64,000 nucleotides of DNA, from contig CBDHDG010000007.1 of the NCBI GenBank assembly GCA_965261595.1, forward strand, positions 1,088,001 to 1,152,000. Direction: 5' to 3'. Position numbers and translations under genes: made by a program. Positions 18,046 to 28,421 of the stretch are shown here, piece by piece. The notes beneath the pieces were generated by a model, which was given only the letters and a program-made list of their open reading frames with translations, ran no database searches and was not told the DNA's origin. Numbering within the stretch: the first letter of the stretch is position 1; the number at the start of each line of letters is the position of its first letter. Source of the stretch: a bacterium. Its GTDB lineage: Bacteria > UBA8248 > JACPRG01 > G963555815.

Positions 18046-21000
18046 ATGTCGAATCCGACGACCGGGATGCCGCCCCTGGGCTATGACCCGGCCGGGCTCC
18101 CACGCGAGTTGAAGCGCCATTACATTTCCGCCGGGGACGAAGACATCCGGGCGATGCTGGAAACCATCGGGGTCGAGCGTCTCGAAGCGCTCTACGACCA
18201 TGTGCCCGCCGACTGCCGCCTGGACGGAGAGCTGGACCTCCCCGAGGAGCTCGGGTACGAGGCCCTTCAAAACCATTTGTACGACCTCTCCCGGAAAAAC
18301 AACTTGGGGCTTTCCTTCCTGGGCGACGGTCTGGGGCAGTTCAAAGTCGCCGAGATCGTCCCCCACGTCCTTGGGATCCGGAAACTGACCACCTCCTACA
18401 CGCCCTACCAACCCGAGCGCAGCCAGGGGACGCTGATCACCCACTGGATTTACCAATGCTGCATCGCCGCCCTCACGGGCTTCGAGGCGGTGAACGCTTC
18501 GCTCTATGACCGCGCGACGGCGATGTTCGAGGCCCTGAAATGCGCGCAGCGCCTGGTGAAGGATTCGACCGTCGCCGTCGCCGCGGGATCGCTCTATCCG
18601 GGCGACATCGAGGTCCTCGAAACCATGGCCCGGGACACCGATCTGGAGATCCGCTTCCAGCCGCCGGACCCGAAGACGGGGAGGGTCTCGGTTTCCGCGC
18701 TGAAAACGCTCGCGGAAGAGGCCGGAGACGGAACGGCCTGCATCGTCTTTCCTCATGTGAACTGCCTGGGCGTCCTCGAAGACGTGGACGCGATGACCGA
18801 CCTGGCCGCATCCCTGGGGGTGAAAAGCATCGCCGTCGTGGACCCGATACTGATGGGTCCGGGAGGGCTGAAGCCGCCGGTCGAGTTCGGCCGAAACGGC
18901 GCGGACATGTTCGTCGCCGAAGGCCAGCACCTGGCCATCGGTCCGAACTACGGAGGCCCCGGGCTGGGGATCTTCGGCATCCGACTGACGCCGGAGAACA
19001 AAAACGACATCCGCCAAACCGCGGGCCGGTTCGTCGGGAAGGGAAAGGACCTCCGCGGCCGGGACGCCCACCTGCTCGTACTCTCCACACGGGAACAGCA
19101 CATCCGAAGGGACAAGGCGACTTCCAACATCTGTTCCAACCAGGCGTACATCGCCACCCTCGCCGGTGCGGCCCTGCTCGAGCGGGGAGCGGAAGGCCTC
19201 GCCGAAGCCTGCGGAACGGCCCGGAGAAACGCCGAGGGCGCTTTCAAAACCCTTACCGCGTGTGACGGGGTCGAACCGGCCTTTCCGGAAGCCGGGTTCT
19301 TCAACGAGCTTGTCCTGCGCCTGCCCTGCCCCGCGGCGGAGCTGATCGCCGACGCGCGGGAAGCGGCCATCCATGTGGGCGTGGACGTCTCCTCCCGCGT
19401 GGAAGGCGCCCGGGGCCGGCTCATTCTGATATCCTTTTCCGATCTGCATACCGAGGCGGATTGCCGAAAACTCGCGCGGTTCTTCCGGTCGAGGTTCGGA
19501 GAAGCGGAACAACCGGCCGCGCCGCCGAAAACGCTGTCGGATCAGCACCTGCGAAAATCGACCCTCGCCCTGCCGCGCTTCGGCGTGGATGAGCTCAAGA
19601 CTTTTTACGACCGCCTCGGCGAAGAGAACGTGAGTCCGGACGAGAACATCTATGCCCTGGGCTCGTGCACGATGAAATACAACCCCTACATCAACGATTA
19701 CGCGGCCGCCCTGCCGGGGTTCGCGGACCTGCACCCGGAGGCCCCCCCCGAGGACGCCCAGGGCGCGCTCGAAATCCTTTACTGGACGCAGGAATACTTC
19801 AAGACCATCACCGGCCTTCCGGCCGTCACCACCCAGCCCGTAGCGGGCGCCCAGGGCGAGCTCGTCGGCATCAAATTGTTCCAGGCCTATCACCGCGACC
19901 GGGGGGACGCGAACCGGGACATCATCCTGATCCCGAGGACGGCCCATGGGACCAATCCGGCCACGGCGACGGTGGCGGGCTTCCGGACGAGTGTCGTGAA
20001 CGGCGCGGCGCACGGGGTGGTTTTGATCGAAGCGGACGCCTCCGGCCGAATGGACATGGACCACCTGAAATCCTTGGTCGATCAATACGGCGGGCGCATC
20101 TGCGGGATGATGGTGACAAACCCCAACACGTCCGGGATTTTCGAAACGAACTTCCGGCGGATGGCGGACACCGTTCACGGCGCGGGCGGCCTGGTCTACA
20201 TGGACGGCGCCAACATGAACGCCATCGCGGGATGGGTGGATCTTGGAAAGCTCGGCGTGGACGCCGTCCACAACAACACGCACAAGACCTGGACAATCCC
20301 GCACGGGGGCGGCGGGCCGGGGGACGCCTTCGTCGCCGTGAGCGAAAAGCTGGCGGATTTCCTGCCGGGCCTTCAGGTGGTCCGGGAGGACGGGAGGTTC
20401 CGATTCGAAAAACCCCCAAAATCCATCGGCTCGGTCCACCGCCACTTCGGGAACTTCGCCCACAAGGTCCGCTGCTATACGTATCTTCGCGCCCTGGGCC
20501 GGGCCGGAGTGAGGCGGATGTCCGCCGTGGCCGTCCTCTCCGCCCGGTATCTGTACAAAAAGCTGACCGAATCCTTTCCGACGCTGCCCTTCGGCGCGGA
20601 GGACGTCCCCCGGATGCACGAATTCATCCTCACCCTAAGCGAGGAGAGCTTCGCGAAGGTCGAGGCGTCCGGGACAAAAAGGGCCGATATCATCTCGCGG
20701 GTCGGGAAGCTCTTTCTCGACTTCGGCCTGCATGCGCCCACCATCGCCTTCCCCGAGGTGTACGGTCTGATGATCGAGCCGACGGAAAGCTACTCGAAGG
20801 CGGAGCTCGACCGGTTCATCGAGATCGTGACGGCGATCCGCCGGATCATTCTCGAGAACCCCGAGGTCCTTCAGACGGTCCCCCACTTCACGCCGGTGGA
20901 CCGGATCGATGACCTGGCGGCGAACAAGAACCTCCGCCTCAGCGAGCCGCTTGAAGGGCTGCCCACCCCCCTGGAGAACCGGGTGTCCATCGCGGAGCTG

Positions 21001-21075
21001 GACAGTTTGTTCACGGAGGAGATCCGGAAACGGATCGTCGCGGCGCATGAGGAGTTCGAGACAACCACCGCTTAG
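18046..21075 (+). CDS. gcvP: Glycine dehydrogenase (P protein), single chain
   Basis: YTPYQPE, REQHIRRDKATSNIC, LGSCTMKYNP and HKTW..PHGGGGPG. Confidence 0.95.
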   Translation: MSNPTTGMPPLGYDPAGLPRELKRHYISAGDEDIRAMLETIGVERLEALYDHVPADCRLDGELDLPEELGYEALQNHLYDLSRKNNLGLSFLGDGLGQFKVAEIVPHVLGIRKLTTSYTPYQPERSQGTLITHWIYQCCIAALTGFEAVNASLYDRATAMFEALKCAQRLVKDSTVAVAAGSLYPGDIEVLETMARDTDLEIRFQPPDPKTGRVSVSALKTLAEEAGDGTACIVFPHVNCLGVLEDVDAMTDLAASLGVKSIAVVDPILMGPGGLKPPVEFGRNGADMFVAEGQHLAIGPNYGGPGLGIFGIRLTPENKNDIRQTAGRFVGKGKDLRGRDAHLLVLSTREQHIRRDKATSNICSNQAYIATLAGAALLERGAEGLAEACGTARRNAEGAFKTLTACDGVEPAFPEAGFFNELVLRLPCPAAELIADAREAAIHVGVDVSSRVEGARGRLILISFSDLHTEADCRKLARFFRSRFGEAEQPAAPPKTLSDQHLRKSTLALPRFGVDELKTFYDRLGEENVSPDENIYALGSCTMKYNPYINDYAAALPGFADLHPEAPPEDAQGALEILYWTQEYFKTITGLPAVTTQPVAGAQGELVGIKLFQAYHRDRGDANRDIILIPRTAHGTNPATATVAGFRTSVVNGAAHGVVLIEADASGRMDMDHLKSLVDQYGGRICGMMVTNPNTSGIFETNFRRMADTVHGAGGLVYMDGANMNAIAGWVDLGKLGVDAVHNNTHKTWTIPHGGGGPGDAFVAVSEKLADFLPGLQVVREDGRFRFEKPPKSIGSVHRHFGNFAHKVRCYTYLRALGRAGVRRMSAVAVLSARYLYKKLTESFPTLPFGAEDVPRMHEFILTLSEESFAKVEASGTKRADIISRVGKLFLDFGLHAPTIAFPEVYGLMIEPTESYSKAELDRFIEIVTAIRRIILENPEVLQTVPHFTPVDRIDDLAANKNLRLSEPLEGLPTPLENRVSIAELDSLFTEEIRKRIVAAHEEFETTTA

Positions 21076-21086
21076 ATGAGCGCTCT

Positions 21087-21452
21087 CCTGGGGGGCTTCT
21101 TGTAAGACGCCCCCCAGACCCCTCCCAGGGGTTGGGGAACCCCCCCGGCAGCGCGGACGCGGGTCGGTCGACCCTCCGGCCCGCCATCGGATGGCGGCCA
21201 AGATGGCCGCCCGACCTGGCCGATCTTGCGGCTCGGCCTTACCCGCGCTTGGAGGTCATGGTGATCCATGTGGTCCTGTTTGGCGCGGCCATCGGGCGGT
21301 CAGAGAAAACATCCGCACCTTCCAAATTCTTCTGCTTTTTGTGGCTACGCTGTACGGGCGGCCGATCAGCCGGCCCCACTCCATGCGCGGCGAAACAAAA
21401 ATTTTCCGGGGGGTTTTAGGGGGGCCGGAATTCAAAAAGGCCCCCCTAAGGT
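21087..21452. repeat. REPIN/MITE-like element with inverted hairpin arms and about 260 bp of interior
   Basis: Arms 21087-21127 and 21390-21452 resemble those at 30104 and 53541-53693. Confidence 0.6.
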
Positions 21453-21478
21453 TTCTTTGCAATCCCTGAAGGTTTTCC

Positions 21479-22390
21479 ATGCTGAAATGGCGGTTCATGA
21501 ACACCGGCGCGCGGGACGGGGCGTGGAACATGGCCGTGGACGAAGTCTTGTGGCGCCGCGTCCAGGAGGGCCGGAGTCCACCCACCGTTCGGCTGTACGC
21601 CTGGGCGCCCGCCACCCTCTCCGTGGGATACGGCCAGTCCATCGAGCGGGACATCGACCCGCGCGCTCTGGAGCGGCTCGGGATTCCGGTGGTCCGCCGG
21701 CCGACGGGAGGCCGCGCCGTCCTTCACGATCGGGAGGTCACGTACAGCGTCGTCTTCCCGGAGGACTTGTGGGACCGGCCGATGGGCGAAACCGGGGAGG
21801 GCGCCAAAATCGTCACCGGCCTCGCCGCTCCCCTCCCGGGGACCCCGGATACCGAACAGGGGCCGGCGAGCGCGCCCATCCTGAGAGATTATGCCTTCAT
21901 CAGCCTGGGATTGGTCGCCGGGTTGCGGAATTTGGGTCTCGCCGCCACGCTGGCCCCGGCCGCGTTCCGGCCGGACCCGAAGGATCGGTCGGGCGCTTGT
22001 TTCTCCTCCACCTCCGCTTATGAGGTCATGGTCCAGGGGAGAAAGATCGTCGGCAGCGCCCAGCGGCGCGGGGGGGGAGGGGTCCTTCAGCACGGATCGG
22101 CGCCGCTCGATCTGGAGATCGACAAGCTGTGCTCGCTGTTCCGGACCTCGAGCGATGGGGCGCGGGCGCGCCTGGCGGCGAACCTCCGAAAAAAAACGGT
22201 CTCGGTGACAGAGGCCCTGGGCGGACGCCCCGTGGATTACGAAACGGCCTGCGCGGCGTTCGAGGCGGGCTTCGATGAGGCGTTCGGCGGGCTGGATCGC
22301 GGCGGGCTGACACCCAAGGAAGAGGGGGCGGCAAAAACCCTCGCGCGGGAAAAGCGGATGCGGCCGATTCCGGTTCGGCCGGCCGGCTGA
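21479..22390 (+). CDS. Lipoate-protein ligase A / LipM-like octanoyltransferase
   Basis: NMAVDE, RRPTGGRAVLH, ACF and KIVGSAQ; follows gcvP. Confidence 0.9.
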   Translation: MLKWRFMNTGARDGAWNMAVDEVLWRRVQEGRSPPTVRLYAWAPATLSVGYGQSIERDIDPRALERLGIPVVRRPTGGRAVLHDREVTYSVVFPEDLWDRPMGETGEGAKIVTGLAAPLPGTPDTEQGPASAPILRDYAFISLGLVAGLRNLGLAATLAPAAFRPDPKDRSGACFSSTSAYEVMVQGRKIVGSAQRRGGGGVLQHGSAPLDLEIDKLCSLFRTSSDGARARLAANLRKKTVSVTEALGGRPVDYETACAAFEAGFDEAFGGLDRGGLTPKEEGAAKTLAREKRMRPIPVRPAG

Positions 22391-22473
22391 CGGCCGGCGA
22401 TCGGCCGCGTCTTTTGCCGCCCGGCGGCGGCGCTGAAAAAATCCGGTGAGACCGGTGAAAAAGGATATCGCCC

Positions 22474-23493
22474 TTGGTCCAGGACGACACGGCCGGGAAT
22501 CCCGCGGCGGACAAGCCGGAAGAGCGAAAAGGGGCTTCGTGGCGGCGGTGGGGGCTCAGCCTGGTTGTCTTTCTCATCGTCCTCGGTTGGATCGATTTCG
22601 GGGATTTTCAGGCCACCCTCTCCCGGATCCGGTTTTTCCCGCTTCTGCTGGGTTTCCTCCTCCTCACCCTCGCCCTCGTCTTCCTGCGCGCGGGCAGATT
22701 CTGGCTGCTGATCAAGACACAGGGAAACCCGCTCTCGCTCCGGAATATCATCCGGGTTCAATGGACGGCGGCGTTCTTCAGCCTGCTGCTGCCGGGGACG
22801 CTGGGCGCCGACGGCTGGAGGGTCTGGTCCGTTTCCCGGGTGGACGGGCGGACGGAGGCGGCCATCGCCGCCGTCGCCATGGATCGCATGATCGGCTTCG
22901 CCGGACAGCTCGCGAACGTCCTGCTGGCGTGGGCCATTTTTGGAGGGATGTTGCTGCGCCGCGAGACGGGCGGTCTCTTGCTCGACGCCGGGCTCTTTTG
23001 CCTGGCGGCCCTGGCGGCGCTGGGCCTTCTCGGCAGCGCCCGCGTCACCGGGGCGCTGACGCGCCTTCCGGTCCTCCGCGGCCGGAGGGCCCGGCAAGCC
23101 CTCGCCCGCTTTCAGGAGGGCCTTCGGCTCCTCAGACAGCGGCCGGGGCGGCTTCCGATCATCCTGGCGGTCGCCGCGACCGGCCATTTTCTCAACGTCC
23201 TGGCCGTCTTCGTTCTGGCCCGGGGGCTGGGCGCCGACCTGGCGTTCGGCTACTACATGGCCCTGATTCCGCCCGCGTTGATGGCCACCGGATTGCCCAT
23301 CAGCTTTACCGGCCTCGGGGTCCGAGACCTGACTTATGTCTCTCTCTTTCGGCCCCTCGGGGCTCCGGGAGAGATCATGTTGGCCGTTGCGGTGGCGGAA
23401 TTCGGTCTGACCGTCCTGATCCGTCTGATCGGGGGCCTCTTCTACCTCTTCTCAGCAAGGGCCGACGCGGCGCGGCGGAAGCCCGCCGTATAA
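22474..23493 (+). CDS. UPF0104 / lysylphosphatidylglycerol-synthase-TM flippase-like membrane protein
   Basis: LLPGTLGADG, MDRMIG and LPISFTGLGVRD. Confidence 0.8.
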   Translation: MVQDDTAGNPAADKPEERKGASWRRWGLSLVVFLIVLGWIDFGDFQATLSRIRFFPLLLGFLLLTLALVFLRAGRFWLLIKTQGNPLSLRNIIRVQWTAAFFSLLLPGTLGADGWRVWSVSRVDGRTEAAIAAVAMDRMIGFAGQLANVLLAWAIFGGMLLRRETGGLLLDAGLFCLAALAALGLLGSARVTGALTRLPVLRGRRARQALARFQEGLRLLRQRPGRLPIILAVAATGHFLNVLAVFVLARGLGADLAFGYYMALIPPALMATGLPISFTGLGVRDLTYVSLFRPLGAPGEIMLAVAVAEFGLTVLIRLIGGLFYLFSARADAARRKPAV

Positions 23494-23640
23494 TCTCCCT
23501 TCAGGTATCCCGGGTCCCATCTTCTTCGAGAGATGGAAAGGCGCATCCGGAATTTGATCCGGGAGCCGCCCTTCTTGAGGGCCGGACTCGCTTCCCCCGC
23601 TGGATACTCCATCCGGCGGAGCGGAGCGGGTCCGCGCGAG

Positions 23641-23669
23641 TTGACGGTCATTCGGACCGGCACCATAAT
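23641..23669 (+). promoter_or_regulatory. Putative sigma70 promoter for iscS-iscU
   Basis: TTGACG-N17-CATAAT about 35 bp before the iscS start. Confidence 0.55.
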
Positions 23670-23703
23670 TAAATTACGGTCTTTCCCGAGGGAGTAAATC
23701 ATC

Positions 23704-24879
23704 TTGCCCCGCGTGTACATGGATCACAACGCCACAACGCCCATCCGGCCCGAAGTCCTGGAGGCCTTCCTGCCCTATTACCAGGAGAGGTTCGCCAATC
23801 CCTCCAGCGTCCACGCCGAGGGCCAGGAGACCCGCGTGGCGGTGGAGGCCGCGCGGGAGAAGGTGGCCTCCCTGCTGGGCGCGAAGCCGAGGGAAATCGT
23901 CTTCACCGGCTGCGGCACCGAATCCGACAACATGGCGCTCCGGGGCGTCCTGGCGGCCGAGGCCAAAACCGGGTCGCACCTCGTCACGACCGCCATCGAG
24001 CATCCGGCCGTTATCGAGACCTGCGCCTACCTGGAAACCCGCGGGGTGGAGGTGACGTACGTCCCCGTCGGACGATCGGGGGTGATCGACCCGGACGACG
24101 TGGCCGAATCCATCCGGGACGATACGGTCCTGGTCAGCGTTATGCACGGGAACAACGAATCGGGCTCGGTCCAGCCCATCGCCGAGATCGCGAAGCTCGT
24201 CAAAGAGCGGGAAAAAATCTTCCACACCGACGCCGTCCAAACCGCCGGCAAGCTCCCCATCGACGTCGAGGAGATGAACATCGACCTCCTCGCCCTGTCC
24301 GGACACAAGCTGAACGCCCCGAAAGGGATCGGCGCCCTCTACATCCGGGAAGGGTTGACGATGGACGCCCTCATTCACGGCGGCCACCAGGAGCGCAACC
24401 GCCGGTCTGGGACGGAAAACGTTGCCGGCATCGTCGCCCTCGGCAGGGCCTGCGAGCTGGGGATGAGCCACATGGAGGAGGAGTCGGCGCGGCTCCGGCG
24501 TCTGCGGGACCGATTGCAGGAGGGCCTCCAGGAGCGCATCCCCGAGGTGGAGATCAACGGGGATCCGCGGCGCCGCCTCCCCGGCACGCTGAACATGAGT
24601 TTCCGGGCCATCGGCGGCGAACCCCTGCTCATCAACCTGGATCTCGCGGGCGTCGCCGTCTCGACGGGCTCGGCCTGCGCCAGCGGCAGCACCGATCCCT
24701 CCCACGTCCTCCAGGCCATGGGCATCCCGAACGACTTGATTGAAGGCTCCCTCAGGTTCAGTCTGGGCTGGGGGAACACCGATGAGGACGTCGACCGCGT
24801 CATCGAAGTCCTTCCGGATATCGTCGCGCGTCTGAGGGCCGTCTCGGGCAAGTGGGACGCGGCGAAGGTGAAAACCTGA
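23704..24879 (+). CDS. iscS: Cysteine desulfurase (group I, IscS/NifS)
   Basis: YMDHNATT, HTDAVQ, SGHK, RSGTEN and STGSACASG. Confidence 0.93.
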   Translation: MPRVYMDHNATTPIRPEVLEAFLPYYQERFANPSSVHAEGQETRVAVEAAREKVASLLGAKPREIVFTGCGTESDNMALRGVLAAEAKTGSHLVTTAIEHPAVIETCAYLETRGVEVTYVPVGRSGVIDPDDVAESIRDDTVLVSVMHGNNESGSVQPIAEIAKLVKEREKIFHTDAVQTAGKLPIDVEEMNIDLLALSGHKLNAPKGIGALYIREGLTMDALIHGGHQERNRRSGTENVAGIVALGRACELGMSHMEEESARLRRLRDRLQEGLQERIPEVEINGDPRRRLPGTLNMSFRAIGGEPLLINLDLAGVAVSTGSACASGSTDPSHVLQAMGIPNDLIEGSLRFSLGWGNTDEDVDRVIEVLPDIVARLRAVSGKWDAAKVKT

Positions 24880-24943
24880 TCGACCCCCTCCCGTGAGACG
24901 CTCTCCCGCCGCCGGCCGGCGACCGTGGAAGAAAGGGCCGCCT

Positions 24944-25330
24944 GTGCCGTCCCCGAAAGACAATGAATCCCTGCGGAGCCCGGAATTCATCGACCACCTC
25001 ACCCGCCCGCGCAACGCGGGAGAGATGGAAGACGCGGACGCCGCCGTCGAGGTGACCAACCCAGTCTGCGGCGACGAGTTGAAGCTCTTTTTGAAGGTGG
25101 AAGACGGGCGGATCGCGGATGTCCGGTTCAAGGCCTACGGCTGCGCCGCCGCGCTGGCCGCCGCCTCTCTGCTGACGGAGCTGGCCAAGGGCAAATCTCT
25201 GGACGAGGCCCGGAAAATCTCCGCCCAGGACATCGCCCGGGGCCTGGGGGGTCTCCCCAAACATAAGCTCCACGCCGGCGACCTCGCCGAAGACGCGATT
25301 CAAGAGGCGCTCGACCGGATCAATTCCTGA
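24944..25330 (+). CDS. iscU: IscU/NifU-N-like scaffold lacking the third Cys
   Basis: PRNAG, NPVCGD, YGC and LP..KLHAG. Confidence 0.85.
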   Translation: MPSPKDNESLRSPEFIDHLTRPRNAGEMEDADAAVEVTNPVCGDELKLFLKVEDGRIADVRFKAYGCAAALAAASLLTELAKGKSLDEARKISAQDIARGLGGLPKHKLHAGDLAEDAIQEALDRINS

Positions 25331-25435
25331 AACCCTGACCCGGGTCCCGCCAAAGGACAGGTCCGGGCGATTTTACGGGCGGGGACGTCCTTTCTTCGGG
25401 CCGTTCAACATTCTCTTCTCGAAAAAAGCGGGTCA

Positions 25436-26461
25436 TTATTTCACGATGTTGGCGTTGAACCAGTCTTTCCACTCGGGCAACGACTTCGCGCGCTGCTCAT
25501 CGTCGAGGACATAGGCGTGCTTTTTCCAGTCGTCGGGCGTCGTCAGGATTCCCGGCCGCCCTTCCAATTCAGCCGGCACAGCGGCGTTTAGATTCATGGG
25601 GCCGACTTTGAGCGTGCGAGCCAGGTCTTCCTGGACCGCCCGAGAGAGGGCGATATCGACGAACTGGTAGGCGGCGTCGCGCCGCCGGGTTCCCGCCATG
25701 ACGCCGAGGGTGTCGATGCCGGCAATCCCCCCCGCATCGGCGGGGTTGATGGTCTGAGCCCGGATGCGCCCCTTGCCGGTTTTGTGGGCGTTCACACTGA
25801 GCAAAATCTGGACGGGCGCCTCGCCCGATTTGAACAGGTCCTGGCTCTGGGCGTCCGTATCGAAGAAGGCCGCGATGTTGGGCTTCAGCGCCAACAAACG
25901 GGGGATGCCCCTCTTCCACTGGAATTCGTCGCCGCCCGAGAGAAGGGCGCTGACCGTGATGACGTGACTCGGGTCGAAATCCGGCATGGCGATCATCCGC
26001 TTCAGTCTCGGGTCCCAAAGGTCGGCCCACTTTGTGAGCGGAAAGGGCGTCCGCTCGGGAAGATACGCGATGGTGTAAATGTACGACCACAGCCCGATGT
26101 GATAGGGGCTGCGAATCGCCTCCGGGCGGAGTTGATTCACGTTACCGATCTTTGCCGGATCGAGCTTTTCGAAAAGCCCGGCGGAAATGTAGAGCCGGCC
26201 CACGTGGGTCGTCGTCAGCGTTACGTCCACGTGGGGGTCGCCCTTGTTGGCGAGGGCGCTGGAAAGCCGCTCGCCGGTCTCTCCCCTTTCGTACTCGACG
26301 GAGATTCCCGTCGCCTCCGTGAACCGCTTTCCGATCTCGTCGTGGAGCGTGTCTCTCCAGCCCGAAACCCTCAACGGCGAATCATCGCGGGCCATCTCGG
26401 AGGCCTTCACCTGCCGACTTTCCATCTGGGTCTGTGCTCCGCCCGCCTCGGTCCCGTCCAT
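25436..26461 (-). CDS. Extracellular solute-binding protein (PotD/PotF-like), no evident signal peptide
   Basis: FTEATGISVEY, WADLWDP and DAAYQFVD. Confidence 0.75.
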   Translation of the reverse strand: MDGTEAGGAQTQMESRQVKASEMARDDSPLRVSGWRDTLHDEIGKRFTEATGISVEYERGETGERLSSALANKGDPHVDVTLTTTHVGRLYISAGLFEKLDPAKIGNVNQLRPEAIRSPYHIGLWSYIYTIAYLPERTPFPLTKWADLWDPRLKRMIAMPDFDPSHVITVSALLSGGDEFQWKRGIPRLLALKPNIAAFFDTDAQSQDLFKSGEAPVQILLSVNAHKTGKGRIRAQTINPADAGGIAGIDTLGVMAGTRRRDAAYQFVDIALSRAVQEDLARTLKVGPMNLNAAVPAELEGRPGILTTPDDWKKHAYVLDDEQRAKSLPEWKDWFNANIVK

Positions 26462-26681
26462 CTTCCGTCAGCGGGATCTGGATGTTGCCGGGATCTCCCG
26501 GATGAGCACCGCTTGGGCGGGACGGAACGCCCGTGCGCCATCCCCCGCACCTCAGTCTACCAAAGGACTTCCGAATTGAAGAGGGCGGTCAAAATTGTTA
26601 AAACCATGTCAGCGAACGGGTCCATCGGATCATGAGAAACCCGCGATCTTCATTCGCAGGGGGAAGAGGGGGGGTAAACGC

Positions 26682-28334
26682 TTGCGCGGACTTCTCTATG
26701 GCTTCAGTGTCTTTCTCTTGACGGCCCTGTCCGCCTGCGGCGGCGACGACCCGGCCATGCCGGGGGACGCCGGGAAGAAGGAGGTGATCATCGGCATCGC
26801 CCAGGAGCCCGACGGCCTGGATCCCCTGTTCGGCCAGATGCTGGCGGGCATCGAGATCCGCGGGCTCATTTTCCGCTCCCTGGTCATGCGGGACGACTCG
26901 CTCGCCCTCCGCCCCGTCATGGCCGATGAGATCCCCACCATCGATAACGGCGGCATCGTCCTTCTGCCCGGCGGCGGGATGAAAACCACCTGGAAGATTA
27001 AGAAGGGCTTCAAGTGGGAGGACGGAATCCCCGTCACGGCGGCGGATTTCATCTTCGCCCACCAAGCCATCATGACGGAGGGGATGCCCGTCATCACCCG
27101 GGACATCGACCGGCGCATCGAGAGGATGGAGGCGCCGGACCCGTACACGCTGATCGTCCTGTGGAAAGAGCGCTTTTACCGGGCGAAGGAGGACGTCCAC
27201 TTCCCCCTGCCGAAGCACGTCCTGGCGCCGCTCCTGAAGAAAGGCGCCAAGGCCTACAGCGAAGGCGCCTTCAACACGCGGCCCATCGGCAACGGCCCAT
27301 ACCGCCTGAAGGAGTGGGAGCCGGGCAACCATCTCGTCCTGGAAAGAAACCCCCATTACCCCGGGAAGCCGCCCGCTTTCAGCCGGGTCATCTACAAGAT
27401 CATCCCCAACACCGGGACGCTCGAAGCCAACCTGGCCTCGGGGGCCATCCACGCTATTTCCCCCATCGGCTTCTCGCTGGACCAGGGGCTCGACGTCCAG
27501 AAACGGCGCGGCGACAAGTTCCGCGTCTATTTCACGCCGGGGATGTACTGGGAGCACATGGACGTCAACACCCAATCGCCCCTGCTGAAGGACCGGCGGG
27601 TCCGCCAGGCCCTCCTGTACGCCACGGACCGCGAGGGAATCGTGAAGGCCCTGTTCGAGGGCAAACAAGAAATGGCCCATTCCTGGCTGCCCGCCAAGCA
27701 CTACGGGTACAACCCGGACGGCAAAAAGTATCCCTACGACCTGGAGCGCGCGAAGTCGCTGCTCAAGGAAGCCGGGTGGACGCCCGGGCCGGACGGGATC
27801 CGCCGGAACGAAAAAGGGAAGAAGCTGCGCCTGGTCCTGATGACCACTTCGGGCGATAAGCTCCGGGAGAAGGTCCAGCAAATCATCCGGTCCGATTGGC
27901 GCAAGGCGGGCATCGATCTCACCCTGCGCAACCAGCCCGCGAAGGTTTTCTTCAGCGAGACGGTCCGCTACCGGAAGTTCCCTCACTTGGCCATGTACTC
28001 CTGGGTCCTCAACCCCTCCTCCGACGGCGAAAACGTCTGGACGATCGACAACATCCCCTCCAAGAAGAACAACTGGAGTGGACAGAACACCTCGGGCTTC
28101 GTCCACGAGGAGATCTCCCGCCTCAGCCACCGCATCCCCGCCACCCTCGACAAGAGAGAGCGCACGCGCCTTTTCCGCAGGGAACAGGCGCTCTGGCGCG
28201 AGGAGCTTCCCGCAATCCCCCTCTACTTCCACACCGAGGTCTCGGTGACGAATCCGAAGTTCCGCGGCTGGAAACCCACCGGGACGAATACGCCCGTCAC
28301 CTGGAATGCCGAACAGTGGAGCTTCGCGAAGTAG
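26682..28334 (+). CDS. Peptide ABC substrate-binding lipoprotein (family 5)
   Basis: Lipobox LSAC; QEPDGLDP, WEDG.PVTAADF and GNGPY; start inferred. Confidence 0.9.
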   Translation: MRGLLYGFSVFLLTALSACGGDDPAMPGDAGKKEVIIGIAQEPDGLDPLFGQMLAGIEIRGLIFRSLVMRDDSLALRPVMADEIPTIDNGGIVLLPGGGMKTTWKIKKGFKWEDGIPVTAADFIFAHQAIMTEGMPVITRDIDRRIERMEAPDPYTLIVLWKERFYRAKEDVHFPLPKHVLAPLLKKGAKAYSEGAFNTRPIGNGPYRLKEWEPGNHLVLERNPHYPGKPPAFSRVIYKIIPNTGTLEANLASGAIHAISPIGFSLDQGLDVQKRRGDKFRVYFTPGMYWEHMDVNTQSPLLKDRRVRQALLYATDREGIVKALFEGKQEMAHSWLPAKHYGYNPDGKKYPYDLERAKSLLKEAGWTPGPDGIRRNEKGKKLRLVLMTTSGDKLREKVQQIIRSDWRKAGIDLTLRNQPAKVFFSETVRYRKFPHLAMYSWVLNPSSDGENVWTIDNIPSKKNNWSGQNTSGFVHEEISRLSHRIPATLDKRERTRLFRREQALWREELPAIPLYFHTEVSVTNPKFRGWKPTGTNTPVTWNAEQWSFAK

Positions 28335-28421
28335 GATGGAGCCTGCGGACGCCTTGATTCGCTCACCCCCCTCCCCCCCCCTTCGCGCCGAAACACGCCG
28401 CGGCGCGGCCTGAGATATCGG

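Noticed and set aside
17899..20619. 906-aa antisense ORF, and similar ORFs at 9746, 26598, 28437, 58632 and 62478
   Set aside because: Shadow ORFs opposite well-supported genes, as expected from high-GC codon bias
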